In this document: positions 24,988 to 30,929 of the stretch, piece after piece
Layout of the letters: each line of letters starts with the position of its first letter
How positions within the stretch are numbered: position 1 is the first letter of the stretch
Virus record (IMG/VR): IMGVR_UViG_3300014205_000009
Location: 62,001 to 92,929 of that record
Reading direction: 5' to 3' (one strand)
Length of the DNA: 30,929 nt
DNA from: an uncultured virus (IMG/VR IMGVR_UViG_3300014205_000009)
Taxonomy: Duplodnaviria > Heunggongvirae > Uroviricota > Caudoviricetes
The notes under the pieces: generated by a model
What the model saw: only the letters and a program-made list of their open reading frames with translations
Databases searched by the model: none
Told to the model about the DNA's origin: nothing
Position numbers and translations under genes: made by a program

Positions 24988-25716
24988 ATGAAGCCCACCC
25001 AGGGCGTCGGACAGGCCGCCCAACCTGACACCGACGACCCGAAGCCCACTCCTACCCAACTCGCCGCGGCACTCGTCCCGATCGCAGACGTAGACCCGGC
25101 AGCACTCCCCCAACCCCACGCCCTCGGGCACTGGCTCGGGAACCGCATCGAAGCCGGCATCGCCACCATGCGCACACAGCGCGGCAAGGTGTGCCAGCCC
25201 GAAGACACCTACGCCCTCGTCCGCGAACTCACCCGCACAGACGACGTCCTCGCCGAGATCGTGTACGCCGTCAACCGGCAGCGCGACCGCATCCGCGGCG
25301 CCCTCGAAGAGGAGCTGACCGAGGTCAACGGCGAACAGTCCGGCATCCCCAATGGTGCGCTCGTCGTCCCGGTGGACGGCGGAGAGGTGCGTGTCGCCGC
25401 CTCGTGGTCGAACCGGTACGACGTCGACACCGAGCAGGTCGCGTCCGTGATGGTCGCCGCCCTCGCCGACGAGTGGGGCGACAAAGCTGCCGCCGACCCG
25501 GAACAGTTCGCGCTGGCAGCGGTTGAGCAGTTCGCCAACCCCGACACCGGGGTCCTCGGCAAGGTGACCGCCAAGCCGACCAAGGTCAAGGCCGTCGCCG
25601 CCTCGCTGGCAGCCCGTGAGCTGGATTCACTGGCCGCGGTGGCCCGTTCGGCGATCGGGCAGCCGGTCCGCACGTTCAAGGGTGTCACCGTGGAACGATC
25701 GACCCCCAAGCCCTGA
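24988..25716 (+). CDS. hypothetical protein (helical N-half)
   Basis: 242-aa ORF with strong GC3 bias, directly after the promoter. Confidence 0.8.
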   Translation: MKPTQGVGQAAQPDTDDPKPTPTQLAAALVPIADVDPAALPQPHALGHWLGNRIEAGIATMRTQRGKVCQPEDTYALVRELTRTDDVLAEIVYAVNRQRDRIRGALEEELTEVNGEQSGIPNGALVVPVDGGEVRVAASWSNRYDVDTEQVASVMVAALADEWGDKAAADPEQFALAAVEQFANPDTGVLGKVTAKPTKVKAVAASLAARELDSLAAVARSAIGQPVRTFKGVTVERSTPKP

Positions 25717-25725
25717 CACAGCAGT

Positions 25726-25972
25726 ATCCGGCCTGGGTCTAGCCCACCCGCGCCGTAGCCCACTCCTACCCACAGAACGGTGCCCGCCGTGCAACCTTTC
25801 TGCGCCCCTTAGCTTTCGCCGGCCGTATCCGCACCCCCCATGCGTGTTGGTGGTGGTCGTCCGGCCGGTAAGCACGACGAGCGGTCCCGTCCTAAGACGG
25901 GGTCTAAGAGCGCGCTAGCGCGAGTCCACGCGCGTCGACAGACGGCTTAGGCAGCGGAGTCGACGGCCGGAT
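25726..25972 (+). ncRNA. candidate structured intergenic RNA or leader
   Basis: ATCCGGCC/GGCCGGAT closing helix enclosing nested stems (see findings). Confidence 0.3.
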
Positions 25973-26055
25973 CGGGCGCGGATCACTACCCACTCCTCGT
26001 CGTCACCACCCCCTCCCCTCTTGCCCAGCCCACCTACCCCGAGAGGTCACAGCCC

Positions 26056-27201
26056 ATGACCGCCGCAGCCCAACAACAACCCGACGACGATCTCGACGCA
26101 CCCAACCCGGGTGCGGCGATCGCAGTCGCCCGCCCGCACCGCGGCTCGATCACCGAGAAAATCCAGTACGCGCAGCACCTCGCCCAGTCCGGGCTCCTCC
26201 CCGCCCACTACCGCAAAGAGCCCGCCAACGTGCTCTACGCCGTCGAGTACGGCGACATGCCGGGACTGGCCCCCATGGCGGCGATCACCGGCGTGCACGT
26301 GATCGAAGGCAAACCGACCGCGTCGTCAGCGCTCATGTCCGCGCTCGTTCGACGCGCCGGCCACCGCCTCCGCGTCAAGGGCGACGATCGGAAGGCCACC
26401 GTCCAGATCATCCGCTCCGATGACCCCGACTGGGTGTTCGAGTCGGTGTGGGACATGAAGCGCGCCGAGCAGGCGGGTCTCACCGGCAAGAAGGTGTGGA
26501 AGCAGTACCCGGCCGCGATGTTGAAGGCGCGCGCCATCTCCGAGTGCGCCCGCGACGCCTGCGAAGAGGCGCTGCTCGGACTTCACTACACCGCTGAGGA
26601 GATGGGGGCGGAGGTCGACGAGGACGGCAACGTCATCAAGGCCACCGCCGAACGGATCGACCAGCCCGCCAGCAACGTCCGGCACATCACCGGGGAACCC
26701 GACTGGGACACCGAGACGCAGGCCGCGGAGAGGGCGGAGGACCGGGAGCGGCTGTCCGAGCTGTGGCACCTGGCGAAGGCGCTGCAGCCGTTGAACAAGG
26801 AGCTGCGGGAAGGGATCGGCGCGGCTGGGTTGCGGGTGAAGGCGATCCACGATGCCCGCGCCGACGCGGCTGCCGTTGCGGCGGCAGCAGATGAGCCGAT
26901 CGACGCCGAGCTCGTCGACGACCCCCAGCCCACCACGCCGGCTGACCCGGCCCGGCTCGCTGCTGACCTCGTCGACAACCTGCTGTTGGCGTCCAACCCC
27001 GATCAGGTCGCCGCCATCCTCGACGGCCCCCTCCTCCGCACGGTCGCGACCGTCGACGTGTCGGGTCTCCTCACCGACGACGACCGGGAAGTCCTCGCCC
27101 TCGACCCCGACAGCGCTCTCCCCCTGTCCGCGCTTGCGGGGCGGGTCCACGAGTACACCGAGCGGCACCAGCGGTCGCCGCGCAACCCTCTGGATGTGTG
27201 A
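26056..27201 (+). CDS. RecT-like ssDNA-annealing recombinase
   Basis: AQHLAQSGLLPAHYR..PANVL.A.EYG...GL.PM.AI..VHVIEGKP...WDMKRAEQAGL..K.VWKQYPAAMLKARAISECARD...L.G..YT.EE; GAGAGG RBS. Confidence 0.85.
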   Translation: MTAAAQQQPDDDLDAPNPGAAIAVARPHRGSITEKIQYAQHLAQSGLLPAHYRKEPANVLYAVEYGDMPGLAPMAAITGVHVIEGKPTASSALMSALVRRAGHRLRVKGDDRKATVQIIRSDDPDWVFESVWDMKRAEQAGLTGKKVWKQYPAAMLKARAISECARDACEEALLGLHYTAEEMGAEVDEDGNVIKATAERIDQPASNVRHITGEPDWDTETQAAERAEDRERLSELWHLAKALQPLNKELREGIGAAGLRVKAIHDARADAAAVAAAADEPIDAELVDDPQPTTPADPARLAADLVDNLLLASNPDQVAAILDGPLLRTVATVDVSGLLTDDDREVLALDPDSALPLSALAGRVHEYTERHQRSPRNPLDV

Positions 27202-27398
27202 TCGACATGGCTGGCATCACTGAGTTGTACGACTCGAACCATGCCGGGTCGGTCACCACCATCACCCCCGCCCAGAAGCGGGCCGCCGGTGTCAACGTGG
27301 CTGCCCGTGCGGTGCGTGAGGGCTGGGACCGGGAGCTGTTGACGGAGCAGCTGGAGATGCTGGGGTTGCTCGACCAGCCGGCAGGGGTGGCTCGGTGA
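27198..27398 (+). CDS. hypothetical protein
   Basis: overlaps at both ends; C-terminal LEMLGL. Confidence 0.7.
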   Translation: MIDMAGITELYDSNHAGSVTTITPAQKRAAGVNVAARAVREGWDRELLTEQLEMLGLLDQPAGVAR

Positions 27399-27598
27399 GT
27401 GGCTGGGAGCGGTCCTCGTTCTGCTCACTCGGGGACTGCGTCGAAGTCCTCCACCTCCCCGACGGAGGGGTGGCCGTGCGCGGGACCACTGCCCCCGGCA
27501 TCGACCTGCGGTTCACGGCAGCCGAGTGGACCGCCTTCCCCCTGGGGGTCAAGGCCGGGGAGTTCGACCCGGCCCGGCCCACCGAGGACGTGGCATGA
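27395..27598 (+). CDS. DUF397 (BldB-like) family protein
   Basis: WERSSFCSLGDCVEV...GGVAVRG...L.FTAAEW.AF..GVKAGEFD. Confidence 0.92.
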   Translation: MSGWERSSFCSLGDCVEVLHLPDGGVAVRGTTAPGIDLRFTAAEWTAFPLGVKAGEFDPARPTEDVA

Positions 27599-28179
27599 GC
27601 ACCCTCCCCTACCCGCCGCTCCCGTCGTCCGACGACCTCGCCGAGGACTACCTGAACCGGGAACTGCGCAACCCCCGCTCCACCGCATGGCCTGTACTGC
27701 TGTCCGACGAGTACGCCACCCAAACCCACCGCGTCCTGGCCTCGTTCCGGGAGCAGATCGACAACACGTTCACGCACCGGAACGCGGACATGGCCGCGGT
27801 GCGGGCACGGTTCACCGCCGGGGAGATCGACTCCATCGAGCTGGCCCGTCACCGGGCCGACTATGAGGAGTGGAAGCGGAGAGCGCAGAACTTCCGCACC
27901 CTCGTCGAGCAGCGGTACCGGCAGGCCGCCGACGCCGGGAACGCCCGCCGCGGCTACGACCTGGCGAACCGGATGCGGGACGTCCTCCTCACCCTCGCGG
28001 AGGCGGTGATGGAACACCGGGAGCGTGTCGACGACGAGTACGAGCCGACGGTGGAGGACCGCATCCTGTGGGCGCGCCTGTCGACGCTGCGAGTACCGGC
28101 CGAGGCCCGGCCGGAGACGTTGGAGGAAGCGGCGGCCCGGGAACGGTCGAAGCGTCCGGCGGTGGTCATGTCCCAATAG
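27595..28179 (+). CDS. hypothetical protein
   Basis: GAGGA RBS; ATGA overlap; 194 aa, helical. Confidence 0.8.
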   Translation: MSTLPYPPLPSSDDLAEDYLNRELRNPRSTAWPVLLSDEYATQTHRVLASFREQIDNTFTHRNADMAAVRARFTAGEIDSIELARHRADYEEWKRRAQNFRTLVEQRYRQAADAGNARRGYDLANRMRDVLLTLAEAVMEHRERVDDEYEPTVEDRILWARLSTLRVPAEARPETLEEAAARERSKRPAVVMSQ

Positions 28180-28199
28180 TCGCGACCGCTGTTGTTCGT

Positions 28200-28234
28200 G
28201 GGGCCGGCTGGTCCGCCCAAGACCTGCCGGCCCC
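28200..28234 (+). terminator. GC-rich hairpin without U-tract
   Basis: GGGGCCGGC-T-GGTC-N7-GACC-T-GCCGGCCCC just after stop 28179. Confidence 0.45.
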
Positions 28235-28306
28235 GCACCCTGTGCCCGCTCCCCACCACCCCTAGCCCAGCTCTACCCCGCTCGTTCCTGCCCACGGAGC
28301 CCCACA

Positions 28307-28636
28307 ATGCCCAAACAGCACTTCCGTCACGTCCCCAAGCCTGACGTGCCCCCCACGGCTGACCTCCTCGCGTTGGCCGGCCGTCTCGACGGCTCCTGGC
28401 GGCAGCAGGCCCGCTGTACCGAGGTCGACCCCGAGGTGTTTTTCCCCGAGCAGGGCGCCACCCTCGGCCCGGCCCGCCTGGTGTGCGCCGGGTGCGAGGT
28501 CCGAACCGAATGCCTCGCCTACGCCCTCGCCCACAGCGATGTTGTGGGGGTTTGGGGTGGGGTGTCCGGTCGGGACCGGGTGTTGATGTTGCGGCACGCC
28601 CGGAACGCCGAGGCGGCCACGGTTGGGGTGGCGTGA
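28307..28636 (+). CDS. whiB: WhiB-family transcriptional regulator
   Basis: WRQQARC...DPEVFFP...VCAGCEVRTECLAYAL...GVWGG; GGAG RBS. Confidence 0.95.
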   Translation: MPKQHFRHVPKPDVPPTADLLALAGRLDGSWRQQARCTEVDPEVFFPEQGATLGPARLVCAGCEVRTECLAYALAHSDVVGVWGGVSGRDRVLMLRHARNAEAATVGVA

Positions 28637-29265
28637 CGGTGGAGCGTGGGAAGCCGTTGCAACGCAAGACCCCCCTGCGTAACACCAGCACCCTGCGTAA
28701 CACGACGCCGTTGCGGCGCGCAGGATGGAAACGATCAGCGGTTGCGGAGAGGCACGACGGGGATGCAGAGTCCGAGGGCCGTGACGTCGAGCCTGATGCG
28801 TCTCGGGGGCGGCCTGGTTTGCTCCTGCCCGGGGGTGCGCCGGCGTCTGTCCCCCGGCGTGGTGGGGCGGCGCCGGTCCCAGCGGCGCTCCGCCGCATGG
28901 TGATCGCACGGGCTGAGGAGTCCTGCGACCGGTGCGGCCGGTACCTCGGCGGACAGCTGTACTCGCTACAACATCGCCGCGCCCGAGGTGCCGGTGGTCG
29001 CCGGGACGGCTACCTCGACACTGCCGCCAACCTCGTCGTGCTGTGTGGGTCCGCGACCTCGCCGGGCGGCTGCCACTTGTGGGCCGAGACGAGGTCAGGG
29101 CGGACGACTGAGTCGTCGCAGGGGTTCGTGATCCGGGGCGAGCTCGACAGGCCGGAGGAGACGCCGATTCTGCGGCATGGCCGGCAGTGGGTCATCCCGG
29201 GCTTCGAGTGCTGGATCGAAGTCAGCCGCCCGATGCCTAAACTAGTAGTTGACAAACCCGCGTGA
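28633..29265 (+). CDS. HNH-family protein with RKTPLR-type N-terminal repeats
   Basis: CDRCG...QHRRARGAGG...NLVVLCGS.T..GCH; CCCTGCGTAACAC repeated at 28673 and 28691. Confidence 0.85.
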   Translation: MTVERGKPLQRKTPLRNTSTLRNTTPLRRAGWKRSAVAERHDGDAESEGRDVEPDASRGRPGLLLPGGAPASVPRRGGAAPVPAALRRMVIARAEESCDRCGRYLGGQLYSLQHRRARGAGGRRDGYLDTAANLVVLCGSATSPGGCHLWAETRSGRTTESSQGFVIRGELDRPEETPILRHGRQWVIPGFECWIEVSRPMPKLVVDKPA

Positions 29266-29276
29266 CGGAGTAGTGT
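29240..29276 (+). promoter_or_regulatory. sigma-70-type promoter with conserved 17-bp motif
   Basis: AACTAGTAG-TTGACA-N16-TAGTGT; motif identical to the minus strand of 10059-10075. Confidence 0.8.
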
Positions 29277-29352
29277 CCAACTCATCGGACGGGGCGCCCA
29301 CCCCGAACGACCGGCCCACCCAGCCGAACCTCCCTAGCCCAGGAGACCCCGA

Positions 29353-29787
29353 ATGACCAGCACCACCGCTGCCCCCGCCGCCGTCGCCCTCTACTGCGAC
29401 CAGTGCGACCAGCCCGCCACCCAGGAAATCGACTGGATCGAACTCACCGACACCCTGGACGAGCGCGGCAACAGCACCACCGTCTGCGACTCCCACGTCT
29501 GCTGGGCCGCCGCGACCGAACTCATCGAAGACGAGTTCGCCGGCAAGGTGCAGCAGACCCGCCGCACCACCCCGCCCAACACCCGCCTCCACCGCCGCAA
29601 CCACGACATCCCCGAAACCGTCACGTGGGGCGGCGACTACCGGCCCAACGGCGACATCGTGTCCCTGCAGTCGGTGCGGGTGGCGTGCTTCGACTGTGGC
29701 CGCTGGTACGACCCGGCCGACAACGTGTCGTGCATCCCCAATGCGCGTCGCATGGCCGGGCTCCCCCCGCTGTCCGCCGCGTCCTGA
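29353..29787 (+). CDS. Cys-rich hypothetical protein
   Basis: AGGAG RBS; CDQC...CDSH.C...CFDC. Confidence 0.8.
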   Translation: MTSTTAAPAAVALYCDQCDQPATQEIDWIELTDTLDERGNSTTVCDSHVCWAAATELIEDEFAGKVQQTRRTTPPNTRLHRRNHDIPETVTWGGDYRPNGDIVSLQSVRVACFDCGRWYDPADNVSCIPNARRMAGLPPLSAAS

Positions 29788-29792
29788 ACCCG

Positions 29793-29827
29793 GGGGGTGG
29801 GCTGCCACGCGACCGCAGCCCACCCCC
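29793..29827 (+). terminator. GC-rich hairpin after stop
   Basis: GGGGGTGGGCTGC-N9-GCAGCCCACCCCC. Confidence 0.5.
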
Positions 29828-29862
29828 GCTCTCCTGCCCGAGCACACCCCGGAAGGCGCCCC

Positions 29863-30060
29863 ATGCGTATCGGAGACTTGATCACCACCCTGGCGATCCA
29901 GGCCGGCATCGGCCAGATCACCCGAGCCCACGCCATCACCACGTTGGCGGCAGCCTGCGGCTACACGTTGCGCGGGGCGGAGCTGCAGTTGCGGGACTGG
30001 CAGTCCGCGCAGGACCGCTACCGCGACCAGCCCGTCCCCAACCCGTCCGTCCTGGCCTGA
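29863..30060 (+). CDS. small hypothetical protein
   Basis: GGAAGG RBS before ATG 29863. Confidence 0.7.
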   Translation: MRIGDLITTLAIQAGIGQITRAHAITTLAAACGYTLRGAELQLRDWQSAQDRYRDQPVPNPSVLA

Positions 30061-30063
30061 CCT

Positions 30064-30098
30064 GGGGTGGCGCCGTTCGTCGGGGGCGGCGCCACCCC
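30064..30098 (+). terminator. GC-rich hairpin after stop
   Basis: GGGGTGGCGCCG-N11-CGGCGCCACCCC. Confidence 0.5.
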
Positions 30099-30130
30099 GA
30101 ACCCCCTCTCCAACCTGAGGTGAACAGCCA

Positions 30131-30367
30131 ATGACCAGCCCGAACGGCACCCCTGTCGACGATGGCGACCGCTCATGGGAGCACGAGCAGGCCGAGGCGA
30201 TCCGGGAGGACCCGCACCACATCCTCGACGTTCTGCGCACGCAGGCCGCCGAGCTCGACCGGCTGCGCGCTATCGAGCGCCGGGCGATCGAGCTGCGCAA
30301 TCAGAGCGCGATGATCGACGCCGACGCGTTCCGGGCGGCGCGACACATCCTGGAAGGCCACAAGTGA
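30131..30367 (+). CDS. hypothetical protein
   Basis: GAGGTG RBS; coiled-coil-like. Confidence 0.75.
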   Translation: MTSPNGTPVDDGDRSWEHEQAEAIREDPHHILDVLRTQAAELDRLRAIERRAIELRNQSAMIDADAFRAARHILEGHK

Positions 30368-30525
30368 GCAGCCCTGCGATCGAGACGGTGACGGCCCACC
30401 GGTGCGGCGTCTGCGGCCAGGACGACGAGGCGCACGACACCTGCCCGGAGTGCTTCCACTGCCCCGGCTACCCCCACGATCACGGATGCGACGGCCTGTC
30501 CGACTCCGAGGAGAACCCCCGATGA
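30364..30525 (+). CDS. small Cys/His-rich protein
   Basis: GTGA overlap; CGVC...CPECFHC...H..GC. Confidence 0.65.
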   Translation: MSSPAIETVTAHRCGVCGQDDEAHDTCPECFHCPGYPHDHGCDGLSDSEENPR

Positions 30526-30929
30526 CCGAGAAGACCGACCGACGCAGCGAGGCCGAACAGTTCTTCGACGGCGCGTTCGCGGTCGCGAGGGCTATCGCCG
30601 CTCTCCGCCCGCCGCCCCGCCCTCGCCCGCAGCCGAAGCCCCGACCGTCGTTCGCTCACGCGATCTGCGACCGCTGCGGCACCGGTGTCCGCCAGGGCGC
30701 TGCTGGTCGGTACGTGTCGGTGGTGTCCGCGCCGAACGGCGACCCCGGCAAGTGCTCCTCCCTGGTGTGGTGGCGCACGGTCGAGCCCGGGGTGATCGAC
30801 GCCCACCCAGACGACGCCCTCATCGAGACCGAGGAGCCGCCGGAGTGGGACGAGTGCCCGGGGTGCTTGTGCTTCCTGGGGATGGCGCCGTGCAACCACT
30901 GCGTGGACCACTGGGATGCGGATAACGAC
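30522..30929 (+). CDS. Cys-rich hypothetical protein, truncated by the window edge
   Basis: GAGGAG RBS, ATGA overlap; open to the end of the window; CPGCLC...PCNHCVD. Confidence 0.7.
   Translation, partial: MTEKTDRRSEAEQFFDGAFAVARAIAALRPPPRPRPQPKPRPSFAHAICDRCGTGVRQGAAGRYVSVVSAPNGDPGKCSSLVWWRTVEPGVIDAHPDDALIETEEPPEWDECPGCLCFLGMAPCNHCVDHWDADND

Larger units (their letters stand above)
1..30929. mobile_element. actinobacterial phage/prophage early region (boundaries outside the window)
   Basis: dense coupled small ORFs; phage-type Rep, RecT, HNH, WhiB and DUF6221; accessory dnaN/ssb/thyX/dcd outside their chromosomal gene contexts. Confidence 0.9.

Noticed and set aside
1..30929. CRISPR array, reverse transcriptase/DGR/retron, or base-hypermodification cluster
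   Set aside because: No regularly spaced repeats, RT motifs or recognisable modification enzymes were seen

Overview
A GC-rich actinobacterial phage or prophage segment covering the early, replication and regulation region. No structural, terminase, lysis or large-integrase genes fall in the window. About 24 kb of tightly coupled leftward genes (ATGA/GTGA overlaps) run from a divergent control region at ~23.8-25.0 kb. They include a GIY-YIG nuclease, a replication initiator apparently split in two around an iteron-like origin, many small Cys-rich hypotheticals, DUF6221, dnaN, a SLOG protein, LuxR- and XRE-type HTH proteins, an HNH endonuclease abutting thyX, ssb, a Dam-like methyltransferase, dcd, a lipoprotein, a MazG-like fusion, a Zn-ribbon/HTH regulator pair, a thermonuclease homologue lacking its catalytic motifs, and a serine recombinase plus endonuclease VII cassette. 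Rightward genes include a ribbon-helix-helix (RHH) regulator, a RecT-like annealase, DUF397, WhiB and an HNH protein. The most unusual signals are non-coding: (i) a switch region with no CI/Cro pair but an RHH gene, three CTAC-N5-RTAG boxes and a GNRA-rich plus-strand structured RNA ending in a terminator; (ii) a possibly related structured RNA at 7.4 kb and further folded spacers at 2.2-2.5 kb and 25.7-26.0 kb; (iii) an exact 17-bp promoter motif shared by two promoters 19 kb apart; (iv) a LexA box in a divergent Zn-finger cassette. All family calls come from motif recognition by eye; no searches or folding programs were run.
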